Below, piece after piece: positions 39,706 through 48,856 of a DNA stretch of 64,000 bases (its first letter is position 1; each line of letters starts with the position of its first letter). The stretch spans positions 19,554-83,553 of the forward strand of contig CACMLX010000003.1 of assembly GCA_902614655.1 (NCBI GenBank), in the 5' to 3' direction. The translations under genes were made by a program, and so were the position numbers. The DNA comes from an uncultured Pelagibacteraceae bacterium. GTDB lineage: Bacteria > Pseudomonadota > Alphaproteobacteria > Pelagibacterales > AG-422-B15. The notes beneath the pieces were generated by a model. It had not been told where the DNA came from. It saw only the letters and a list, made by a program, of their open reading frames with translations, and ran no database searches.

Positions 39706-42700
39706 ATGACCAAAAAACTAATTCAGGCACTCGAACCCCGTATGATGCTCGATGGAGCTGCTGTTGCTACTGCAATTGATACGATCGATGATTTAGCAAA
39801 TTTGAATAAGACCGATTTAGATAAAAAAACAAAAGAAAATAATTTTAAAACCGATCAAGATACAAAACTTCCATTTGTAAATCGTGAGAGTATTAATCAA
39901 AATACACGAACAAAACAATTCGTGTTTATTGACAGCGCAGTGGATGATATTGAAGTCTTAATTGATAGTTTTGATTACAACACTGAAGTACACATCATAC
40001 AAAGTGAACAAGACGGGTTTGCTGAAATTGAAAATATTTTATCTAACGAATCTAATATTGATGCGTTGCACATCATCGGCCACGGTAGTGTTGGGCAAAT
40101 AGCATTTGGAACAGCTGTTTTAAACATTGATACACTTGATACTTACAGAGATACGTTAAAAACTATTGGTTTAAGTTTAACTGAGCAAGGTGATATCTTG
40201 TTTTATGGTTGTAACGTTGCGGCTGATCAAAATGGAGAAGTTTTCATTAAACAACTTGCAGATATAACCCAAGCGGATATTGCTGCATCTGATGATATTA
40301 CTGGTCATGGAGGTGATTGGGATTTAGAGAAACATGTCGGCATTATTGAAACTCAAAATGTAAGCGTTATAAATTATAATCACTCTCTTAGTAATGATGT
40401 TACTGCTATTCAAAACGCTTTTGAAAAACATGATGCAACCAATTTAAAAGCAGGTGGTGGAAATTTCTCAGGTAATAAAAATGGACAACAGGATCCAGAC
40501 GGTCAAAAAAGGTGGCTCATCACACAAGAAAAAGCAAATGTGACTACAGGTAGCACACTGAACTTTGATGTTGGTGTGACCGCAAACAGTTGGGATCCAG
40601 ATACAGATGGACCGGTAAACGTTTATATGGTCTATCTGAATGACGAAATCAATCGACGAGGATCGAGTGACCGAGGTATAGTTGATTTTACTTATGAAAT
40701 TTTAGGTGTTTTCACGACACCTGATAATACTAGATACATGAACGGTTATGTGACTTTAGGAAATAACGCTTACCCTGATAGTGGTGCTACGAAACTTGGT
40801 AAAAGGGATTTTGAGTACTCTGGTGGTGCACCTGGAAGTTTAACGTCAGGCAGTGATGGGTGGCAGGTCTCGAATGGTAATAAAAGAATAACACTTTCAG
40901 CTGATAACGGTGAAAAAGGTGACTTTATTCGTGTGGTCACAAAAGCCGCAACAACAAATAACGAGCCCGTAGGTAATAATGATGCCGGTTATATCAATGA
41001 AGACGCCGAGTTGAATGTTGGTAATGATGATGTCGCAAATGATGCTACACCTGATGCATCGGGTGAACATACTGGTGATGTTTTATTAAATGATACTGAT
41101 CTTGATAACGACCCACTGACTGTTAAGTCCATTAATGGAGGATCTCTTGGATCGCCAGTTGATGGCACTTATGGTACATTAACGCTCTATTCAACTGGTC
41201 GTTACACATACTCAGCTAATAAAGATGCTGCAGACACTCTGGATTCTGGGGATACAGTCACTGATACCTTTACTTATACCGTTACTGATCAAACTGATGA
41301 TGCTACCGCAACAATCACTATTACTATTGCAGGTTTAAATGATCCAATAACAGCTATAAACGATACAGATACTGTCCTTGAGGATGGAAGCATTTCAAGA
41401 AACACTTCTAGTACGTTTGAATTAGATCACGACGATACTGATCCTGATGGTGATGATACATCTGGTAACTTTACCATCTCAGCCATACGATTAGGGCGAT
41501 TGACAGGAGCACTAGGCGCATCAAAAACTGTAGGAGCCGAATTTACAACAACATACGGTACTGTAACCATTAATGCTGATGGGTCATACTCTTATGCAGC
41601 TGATCAAGCCGCAACAGACAATTTAGCAGCTGGCGCTACGCAGACTGACTATTTTGTTTACACAGTTACAGACGGCAATGGAAGTTCAGACTCAGCTGAA
41701 TTAGCAATTACCATTACAGGTGTAGGACCCGGAGCTGTAAATGATACTGACACCGTTGCTGAAAATGGTTCCCTCAATCGTAATGCAGCTGCCGGAGTGC
41801 TCGATAATGATAATGATGATGCAACAAAAGACTCAGAAAATTTAATTGTCACAGAGATCTCCTCCAACAGCACAGGTAATAGTGGCAATGCTACTCAAGG
41901 CGTACTTGGAACCTATGGTACCTTAACGGTTGCAGCTGATGGAAGTTACACATACACCGCAAATACTGCAGCAGCAGAGGCTTTAGCCGCAGGTGATAAC
42001 AGTCAAACTGATGTATTCACTTATAAAATGAAAGATGATAATGGCGTTAATGAAGCTCAAGCAACTTTGACTATTACAATACAAGGTCAAGATGATGATC
42101 CCGTTGCATCAGCAGACACAGGTGCAGCTAACGAAGATGGCCCGCAAGTTTCAGTCAATGCTGCAAGCGGTGTTTTAGCCAATGATACTGATGTAGATGC
42201 TGGAGAAACGCTAGAAGTTTCTGCTGTCGGAGGTAATGGATCAGCCGTTGGACAAGATGTTACAGGATCTCTCGGTACCTTGAATTTAGATGCAGATGGA
42301 TCTTATACATATATTGCTGACCAAGCTGGTGCAGATGCAATCACTGCAGGACAAACTGCAACAGATACATTTAATTACACCTTAACCGATGGCGAAGGAA
42401 CAACAAGCACTGTTAACTTAGTCATTACAGTTACTGGTAAAGGACCTGAAGGTGTTGCTGACACGGCATCTGTTGCTGAAAATGCAACGGTAGCTAAGAA
42501 TAATGCTTCCACAGATGGAGTACTTTCTAATGACGATGATAACGCTTCATTTGACCAAGAAAGTCTTGCTGTAACTGCAATTGTTGGAGCATCATCTGGA
42601 ACGGTTGGAGGTGAAACTACTGGTACTCACGGTACACTTACAATGAACGAAAATGGTACTTATTCTTACGAAGCAACCAACGATGCACTTGATGATGGAG

Positions 42701-45700
42701 AAACTGTTAATGATGTATTTACGTATACAGTTAAAGACGATGACAACAAAAACTCTAGCACCGCAACATTAACCATTGCTGTAACTGGAGCAAATGACCC
42801 AATTACTGCGACCGCTGACACGGATAATGTAAATGCAGGATCTACAATTACTCGAAGTGAAAGTGATGATGAAGAACTTGATCACGACGATACTGACCCT
42901 GATGGTGATGATATATCAGGTAGCTTTACTATTACTAATATCAGACATGGTTCTGATGATTATAACCCTGGTCAAGAAATTACGACATCAAAAGGTAGAT
43001 TAACAGTCAATGCCAATGGTTCTTATACTTACGTCGCTGATCAAAGCGGTTCAACAGGCTTATCAAATGGTGCTCAAGTAAATGATGTCTTTACATATAC
43101 AGTAAGAGATCACAGTGGAGGTGATACAGATACTGCGACACTTACAATTACAATTACAGGTTCAAATAACACCCCTCCAGTAGCGGATGACGTAGCAGTG
43201 GATGGTAATCCTGCAACAGGATACATAACAGAAGACCAAACATTAACAGTTGGTGATGGCTCAACCGGGGTTTCGGGAACCGATGGTAATAAAAATAATG
43301 AAAGTGGAGATAATACAGGGGACGTTTTAAATAATGATACAGATGTAGATGGACACACACTTACAGTTTCAGCTATTTCAGGAGGATCTGTCGGTGGCGC
43401 TGCGACAGGAACTTACGGAACGTTAACAATTCAAAGCACCGGTAATTACACCTACAATGCAAACAACGCAAACTCGATAGCAAAAGATGCAACAGCAACT
43501 GATGTATTTACTTATACAGTCAGTGATGGCAATGGTGGAACGGATACTGCGACCATAACCATCACTATTTTAGGAGTAAATGATGCTCCAAGCGCAAGCA
43601 ATGATATAAATGCAGTTGATGAAGATGCTACAGCAACAAAAAATGCTGGAGCAGGAGTACTTTCAAACGATAGTGATGTTGACACGGGTTCAAGTATGAC
43701 GGTGACAGGAATTACTGGAGCATCAGCAGGTTCAGTTGGTGGATCAACTGATGGCACTTATGGTACTCTGACCCTCAATTCTGATGGCAGTTATTCGTAT
43801 ACTGCTGATAAAGCAGCTGCTGATGCACTGGCACATAACGCAACGGCAAATGATGTATTCACTTATACAGTCACAGATAATGAGGGGGCTACTGCTACGG
43901 CAACTCTGACTATCACGGTAACCGGTAAGGGACCTGTTGGTTCAGCAGATACAGCTACAGCAACTGAAAGTCAGACATTAACAGTCAATGAGGCAGGTGG
44001 AGTATTAACAAATGACTCTGGTGGAGATACGGAAAGTCTCGCCGTTACAAATATTGAGTCAGGTGGTACGGGTAATACAGGCACTGCTGGTCAAGGTGTT
44101 TTAGGGACGTATGGTACTTTGACTATTGCAGCTGATGGAAGTTACACATACACACCAAACACAGCCGCTGCAGAAGCATTAGATGGTGGTGATACTGTTA
44201 CCGAAGTATTTACTTATACTGTAAAGGATGATGATGACAAAAACTCATCTACCGCAACGCTTACATTTACAATAAATGGAGCTAACGATGCAATCGTTGC
44301 TGTTGATGATACAGATAGCGTTAACGAGGATGCAACGGTTACAAGATTAATCAGTGACGACCAAGAACTCGATCACGATGATACTGATGTTGATGGTGAT
44401 GATACAAGCGGAAACTTTACAATTACTGATATCAGAACTGGTCCAAAGGATGGAACTGGAACTGACGGTACAGTTGGTGTTGCACTTACGGGTGAATTTG
44501 GAACTCTTACTGTTAATGCAGATGGTTCCTATACCTACGTTGCGGATCAAGATAAATCAGATCAATTGGTAACAAATCAAACAGGAACAGATATATTTAC
44601 ATACACAGTAAGTGATGGCACTGAAACGTCAACCGGACAACTAACGTTCACTGTGACAGGTATCAATGATAATGATCCAGTTGCTGTAGATGATACAGAC
44701 ACAGTCAAACGTGATGCAACAGTTTCTCGTGCTACTGGCACAGATTTAGCTATTAATGCCGATGATACAGATGCAGATGGTGAAACCTTAACTATTTCTG
44801 AAGTGCGTGTAGGCCAAACTGAGGGTGGAGGTAAAGGAGGTGCCGCTTCTGTTGGAAATGCTCTTGTGGGTACCTTCGGTACTTTGACTTTAAATGCTGA
44901 TGGTAGTTATACGTATGTTGCGGATCAGGACGCAGCCAACTCACTTAAACGAGGAGATAGTGCAGTAGATCATTTCAATTATACAGTTACTGATGGAACC
45001 AGGACAGATATTGGTGTTATTTCAATAACTGTTGAGGGTATCAGTGATCCACCTATTCCAATAGATGATACATTAGAAATTGATGCAGGGGCGCAAACTG
45101 AGAAAGATGCAACGCAAGGCGTGTTAATTAATGATACGGATCCTGATGGTGATACCTTATCAGTTAGTTCGTTCAGAACTGGGAAAGAGGGCAAAGGCAA
45201 CACAGGTACAAGCGGCACAATTGGAGAACCTCTATCTGGAATTTATGGTGATTTAACCATGAATTCTGATGGTAGTTACACGTATAAAGCAAATAATGCT
45301 GGGCCACTTAATCCTGGTGAAACAGCTACAGAGTTTTTTACATATCAAGCTTCTGATGGGGAGTCTTCTGTTGAAGCACAAATTGCAATTACTGTAACAG
45401 GTAAGAATGACCCTCCTGAAGTTGTGTACCCCTTAGATCTCTCACCAATATTTACTGGTCAAAAGATTAACATCAAATACAGACAAATATTTGATGATCC
45501 AGACACAGGTATATTTGATATTTCTGAATATAAAATAATTGATACAGAAACTGACGAAGAAACAAGTCTACCCGATGGTTTAAGACTAAAACAAAACAAG
45601 TTGACGGGAAGTCTTAGTGAACCTGGATTATATACTATTACTATCAGAGCAATAGATGGAGCTGGACTATCTACAGATTATACTTTCACAATTGATGTCC

Positions 45701-46791
45701 GAACCGCTCCTGGTTATACGGCCGAAAAAGAGACTTCTGATGAACAGAGACCTGCTTTTGATCCAGTTGTCGTCAAACCAAAGAAAGAGTTTTTGGCGGC
45801 CATCAATGATGTAATTAATGATGGAGCATCACTACCTGGCGATGATGGTTTCAATCTTGATACAGTTTCAATTGCTGACACCGCGTCTCTATCAAAACCG
45901 TTAAAATTTAATGGTGGTTTGAGATTGATGGATGCTGTTGTGAATGAAGTTTCGGGGGACTCAGAGTCAGATTTAAAAGTTGGTTTGAAATTAAATGATG
46001 ATAATCAAAAAAATGTGGAGTTATATTCAGGTCAGCTCTCTAATGGTGAAGCTTTACCAGAATGGATCAGAGTCAATCCTGAAACAGGAGAAACAACAGC
46101 CGACATGCCTGAAGGTGTTGAAGCAGTTGAGGTTCAGTTGGTAGCACTTGATAAGGATGGAAATACAAGAGATATAAATATTGTACTAGACAAAGCAAAA
46201 ATTAAAGGAGACCAAGACTTCGCACGTGGAGCCATTGATCAGGCAAGGGTAGTTGTTGATAATGATGCAAATGTAAACCTGATTAGGGAGAACAACAATT
46301 CATCTAATAACGCAGCAAATAATAATTTGAATGCTCAAACAGATTTTGAAGGCACTATGAAGCTAAGCAGTCTTCAAATGGATGCAGGTCAATTTACAGT
46401 TGATGTAATTGACGATAAACAGTCAGATGTGAAAATGTATAAAGCAGAACTCAAAGGTGGCGGCGCACTTCCAGACTGGATTACAATTGATCCTGAAACA
46501 GGAAAAATTGCAGCTGACCCCTCAAAAGGTAGAACAGGCTCAGCAGCTCCAGCATTCTTAACTGAAAGCCTTCAAGTTCTTGAATTAAAAATTATTGCTG
46601 AAGACGAAGATGGAAAAGAAAGAGTAATTGAAGTTGAGATTGATCTTAATGAAGTAACTGAAACTGAGACAGATGGTGAAAATTCTGCAACAAACGATGA
46701 AATCTCTTTCATTCCACTTGATGAACAATTAAAGCTTCATGCTAAAGCAGCAGATAGCTATGGCGAAAAGATTGTATCTCTAGTAAGTTAA
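39706..46791 (+). CDS. Giant (2361 aa) surface/secreted repeat protein: N-terminal LEPR-DGAA motif, DUF4347, unknown beta-rich module, 12 VCBS/cadherin-like repeats and C-terminal Cadg-like domains
   Basis: N-terminus MTKKLIQALEPRMMLDGAAVA has no Sec-type hydrophobic core. DUF4347 pattern FVFIDSAV...ALHIIGHGSVGQIAFG...ILFYGCNVAA...GGDWDLE covers aa 70-210. There are twelve repeats of about 100-130 aa ending ...FTYTVxDxxG...ATLTITVTGxNDxP. C-terminal LPDGLRL/LPEWIRVNPETGET/LPDWITIDPETGKI motifs are present. I found no GGxGxD RTX nonapeptides. Confidence 0.9.
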   Translation: MTKKLIQALEPRMMLDGAAVATAIDTIDDLANLNKTDLDKKTKENNFKTDQDTKLPFVNRESINQNTRTKQFVFIDSAVDDIEVLIDSFDYNTEVHIIQSEQDGFAEIENILSNESNIDALHIIGHGSVGQIAFGTAVLNIDTLDTYRDTLKTIGLSLTEQGDILFYGCNVAADQNGEVFIKQLADITQADIAASDDITGHGGDWDLEKHVGIIETQNVSVINYNHSLSNDVTAIQNAFEKHDATNLKAGGGNFSGNKNGQQDPDGQKRWLITQEKANVTTGSTLNFDVGVTANSWDPDTDGPVNVYMVYLNDEINRRGSSDRGIVDFTYEILGVFTTPDNTRYMNGYVTLGNNAYPDSGATKLGKRDFEYSGGAPGSLTSGSDGWQVSNGNKRITLSADNGEKGDFIRVVTKAATTNNEPVGNNDAGYINEDAELNVGNDDVANDATPDASGEHTGDVLLNDTDLDNDPLTVKSINGGSLGSPVDGTYGTLTLYSTGRYTYSANKDAADTLDSGDTVTDTFTYTVTDQTDDATATITITIAGLNDPITAINDTDTVLEDGSISRNTSSTFELDHDDTDPDGDDTSGNFTISAIRLGRLTGALGASKTVGAEFTTTYGTVTINADGSYSYAADQAATDNLAAGATQTDYFVYTVTDGNGSSDSAELAITITGVGPGAVNDTDTVAENGSLNRNAAAGVLDNDNDDATKDSENLIVTEISSNSTGNSGNATQGVLGTYGTLTVAADGSYTYTANTAAAEALAAGDNSQTDVFTYKMKDDNGVNEAQATLTITIQGQDDDPVASADTGAANEDGPQVSVNAASGVLANDTDVDAGETLEVSAVGGNGSAVGQDVTGSLGTLNLDADGSYTYIADQAGADAITAGQTATDTFNYTLTDGEGTTSTVNLVITVTGKGPEGVADTASVAENATVAKNNASTDGVLSNDDDNASFDQESLAVTAIVGASSGTVGGETTGTHGTLTMNENGTYSYEATNDALDDGETVNDVFTYTVKDDDNKNSSTATLTIAVTGANDPITATADTDNVNAGSTITRSESDDEELDHDDTDPDGDDISGSFTITNIRHGSDDYNPGQEITTSKGRLTVNANGSYTYVADQSGSTGLSNGAQVNDVFTYTVRDHSGGDTDTATLTITITGSNNTPPVADDVAVDGNPATGYITEDQTLTVGDGSTGVSGTDGNKNNESGDNTGDVLNNDTDVDGHTLTVSAISGGSVGGAATGTYGTLTIQSTGNYTYNANNANSIAKDATATDVFTYTVSDGNGGTDTATITITILGVNDAPSASNDINAVDEDATATKNAGAGVLSNDSDVDTGSSMTVTGITGASAGSVGGSTDGTYGTLTLNSDGSYSYTADKAAADALAHNATANDVFTYTVTDNEGATATATLTITVTGKGPVGSADTATATESQTLTVNEAGGVLTNDSGGDTESLAVTNIESGGTGNTGTAGQGVLGTYGTLTIAADGSYTYTPNTAAAEALDGGDTVTEVFTYTVKDDDDKNSSTATLTFTINGANDAIVAVDDTDSVNEDATVTRLISDDQELDHDDTDVDGDDTSGNFTITDIRTGPKDGTGTDGTVGVALTGEFGTLTVNADGSYTYVADQDKSDQLVTNQTGTDIFTYTVSDGTETSTGQLTFTVTGINDNDPVAVDDTDTVKRDATVSRATGTDLAINADDTDADGETLTISEVRVGQTEGGGKGGAASVGNALVGTFGTLTLNADGSYTYVADQDAANSLKRGDSAVDHFNYTVTDGTRTDIGVISITVEGISDPPIPIDDTLEIDAGAQTEKDATQGVLINDTDPDGDTLSVSSFRTGKEGKGNTGTSGTIGEPLSGIYGDLTMNSDGSYTYKANNAGPLNPGETATEFFTYQASDGESSVEAQIAITVTGKNDPPEVVYPLDLSPIFTGQKINIKYRQIFDDPDTGIFDISEYKIIDTETDEETSLPDGLRLKQNKLTGSLSEPGLYTITIRAIDGAGLSTDYTFTIDVRTAPGYTAEKETSDEQRPAFDPVVVKPKKEFLAAINDVINDGASLPGDDGFNLDTVSIADTASLSKPLKFNGGLRLMDAVVNEVSGDSESDLKVGLKLNDDNQKNVELYSGQLSNGEALPEWIRVNPETGETTADMPEGVEAVEVQLVALDKDGNTRDINIVLDKAKIKGDQDFARGAIDQARVVVDNDANVNLIRENNNSSNNAANNNLNAQTDFEGTMKLSSLQMDAGQFTVDVIDDKQSDVKMYKAELKGGGALPDWITIDPETGKIAADPSKGRTGSAAPAFLTESLQVLELKIIAEDEDGKERVIEVEIDLNEVTETETDGENSATNDEISFIPLDEQLKLHAKAADSYGEKIVSLVS
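40960..45420 (+). repeat. Array of 12 VCBS/cadherin-like coding repeats with higher-order duplication
   Basis: Repeat classes recur in order: R1 resembles R7, R2 resembles R6 and R10 (all carry ELDHDDTD(P/V)DGDD), and R3 resembles R9. Exact DNA identity occurs, e.g. the 26-mer gcagctgatggaagttacacatacac at 41933-41958 and 44128-44153. Confidence 0.85.
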
Positions 46792-46802
46792 TAATTACCT
46801 TT

Positions 46803-47522
46803 ATGAACAAAATTGTAACATTTGCGGTAATAGCGTGCTGCATATTATTTCCTTATAATTTGTCAGCAGAAGAATATTCCACCCGTGTCTTAGTAACTGC
46901 AACCCAAGAGGCAACACTCTCAAGTGAACTTGCTGCAAAAGTTGACTCAATTCCAATTGATGAAGGATCTGAATTTAAAGAGTCTGATATTTTAATTAAG
47001 TTTGACTGTTCATTTTTTGAAGAACAAAGAAAAGTTGTTGAAGCACAATTAGAGAGTGCGAGAGTAACTCTAAAGAGCAATCAAGACTTAGCATTAATGA
47101 GATCCATTGGTGAGTATGAAGTTCAGTTATCAGAAATCGATGTAAAGCGTGCAGAAGCTGAATTTCAGATTGCTAAACTCAATACAGATCGATGCATAAT
47201 TAAAGCCCCTTACGATGGCAAAGTATCCAAAGTGTTTGTAAATGAGTTTGAGAGTATTGAAAGGCAGCAGCCATTAGTTGAAATCATTGGTTCAGGCATT
47301 CTTGAGGCAAAATTGATTGTTTCAAGCAAGTGGTTGGCTTGGATCGATGAGGGATATCCCATGAAAATCAGCATTGATGAAAACGGTCTAACATATAGTG
47401 CCAAAATTTATACTATTGGCGTTGATATTGATCCTGTTAGTCAAACAATCGACATAACTGCAAAATTTGATGAAAATTATGATACATTACTGCCAGGTAT
47501 GAGTGGGACAGCAACGTTTTGA
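46803..47522 (+). CDS. Short periplasmic membrane-fusion (HlyD/RND-adaptor-like) protein
   Basis: 239 aa. Signal peptide, lipoyl-like hairpin halves (ATLSSELAAKVDSIPIDEGSEFKESDILIKFD ... IIKAPYDGKVSKVFVNEFESIERQQPLVEI) separated by a coiled coil. Lies 11 nt after the giant gene. Confidence 0.8.
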   Translation: MNKIVTFAVIACCILFPYNLSAEEYSTRVLVTATQEATLSSELAAKVDSIPIDEGSEFKESDILIKFDCSFFEEQRKVVEAQLESARVTLKSNQDLALMRSIGEYEVQLSEIDVKRAEAEFQIAKLNTDRCIIKAPYDGKVSKVFVNEFESIERQQPLVEIIGSGILEAKLIVSSKWLAWIDEGYPMKISIDENGLTYSAKIYTIGVDIDPVSQTIDITAKFDENYDTLLPGMSGTATF

Positions 47523-48856
47523 ATGACAATACTTCAATAAAAATAGCAAGATTAATTACTCTTGAGAAAAAATTTCGGACTGCAGAAAACATATCCGAAC
47601 TCGGATTCGTTTGTGCAAATGAGTTAAGAAGTGTTGTGGATTACAATTTTTTATTTTTTCTTACTAAATCTGCAACAGGTCGACAGAAAGTCCAAACAAT
47701 TTCAGATATTTCAGTTGTTGATAGAACTGCGCCGACAGTAAATTTTGTAGAAAGATTAATAAATAAAAAGAAGGTTGAAACGGGATTCTTTTCAGAAGTT
47801 TCAATTAGTGATTTAAGAGAAGATGATACAAATTTAGACTTACCTGAAAATTTTCCAAATGAGTTAATGGTTGTTCCATTAATTTCAAGAACAAAGGGTG
47901 ATTTAGGTTCTCTAGTTGTTGTACGATCTGTCAAAGTTTCAAATACAGAAAAAGAGCTTCTGCAACACATTGCTGAAACATTCAGTCATGCATTGGATTT
48001 ATTTTTATCTCAAGGATCGATTTTATCCTTTTTTGGTAGAATTTTTTCAGGTTGGCTAAAGTGGTTAATATTATCAGCAATCGCACTTGCAATGTTTATA
48101 CCAATTAATATATCCGCAGTAGCTCCAGTTGAGGTTATTGCTAAAAATCCATCAGTAGTTACATCACCAGTTAATGGTGTAGTGAAAAAAGTATTAGTTA
48201 ACACAAATGAAGCCGTTGATGTTGGCATGGAGCTCATTAAATTAGATGATCTCAATTTTAAATCTCAATACGAAATAAACTTACAAGAATTAGAAGTCGC
48301 TGAAGCAGAATTACTCAGGGCTAAACAATCCTCATTTACAAACGATGAGGCAAAAGCAAAGCTCGTTGAGCTATCAACTGAAGTTGCATTGAAGAAAAAG
48401 CAAGTTGCTTATGCCGAGGAACAATTAAAATATTCTGTCATAAAAGCGGAGGTTTCGGGAGTTGCTGTTGTTGAAGATTTTATTGATTGGCAAGGTCGTC
48501 CTGTAAATATAGGTGAAAAGATATTAACAATTGCCAATTCAAATGATATTGAGTTCTTAATCTACCTACCGACAAAAGACTCACTTTTTATTGAAAAATC
48601 AGCAAGAGTGAAGGTGTTTTTGGACAGCAGCCCACTCAACTCAATTGAAGGAAAAATAATAAGAACATCTTACAAACCTGAATTAACAGCTGAAAATATT
48701 CTTGCTTATAAAATACACGCTAGCCTCGAGGATAATATTGAGCCGCCGCGTATTGGATTACGAGGATCAGCAAAAATTTACGGAGATCGGACATCTCTTT
48801 TTTACTATATCTTCAGAGTTCCAATTAATATCAGCAGACAGTTTATAGGAATATAA
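47519..48856 (+). CDS. Membrane-fusion (HlyD-family) protein with an N-terminal cytoplasmic GAF-like domain
   Basis: 445 aa. About 165 aa cytoplasmic with a GAF-like core LMVVPLISRTKGDLGSLVVVRSVKVSNTEKELLQHIAETFSHAL. One TM (WLKWLILSAIALAMFIPI), then lipoyl (VTSPVNGVVKKVLVNTNEAVDVGMELIKLDD), coiled coil and beta-barrel. The TTG start overlaps the upstream TGA. Confidence 0.75.
   Translation: MNDNTSIKIARLITLEKKFRTAENISELGFVCANELRSVVDYNFLFFLTKSATGRQKVQTISDISVVDRTAPTVNFVERLINKKKVETGFFSEVSISDLREDDTNLDLPENFPNELMVVPLISRTKGDLGSLVVVRSVKVSNTEKELLQHIAETFSHALDLFLSQGSILSFFGRIFSGWLKWLILSAIALAMFIPINISAVAPVEVIAKNPSVVTSPVNGVVKKVLVNTNEAVDVGMELIKLDDLNFKSQYEINLQELEVAEAELLRAKQSSFTNDEAKAKLVELSTEVALKKKQVAYAEEQLKYSVIKAEVSGVAVVEDFIDWQGRPVNIGEKILTIANSNDIEFLIYLPTKDSLFIEKSARVKVFLDSSPLNSIEGKIIRTSYKPELTAENILAYKIHASLEDNIEPPRIGLRGSAKIYGDRTSLFYYIFRVPINISRQFIGI

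Noticed and set aside
41658-45218. Several 67-82 aa ORFs on the minus strand (and one on the plus strand off-frame) inside the giant gene (41658-41888, 43110-43358, 43154-43360, 43512-43757, 44347-44550, 44354-44572, 44979-45218)
   Set aside because: They are low-complexity Ser/Thr/Val/Pro mirror translations of the Thr/Asp/Gly-rich repeats and are fully embedded in a strongly supported 2361-aa frame. They are artefacts of repeat composition.
39706-46791. Calling the giant protein an RTX toxin/adhesin and the locus a classical T1SS
   Set aside because: I scanned the translation for GGxGxD nonapeptide runs and found none. No ABC ATPase or C39 peptidase gene is adjacent. The label would be unsupported.
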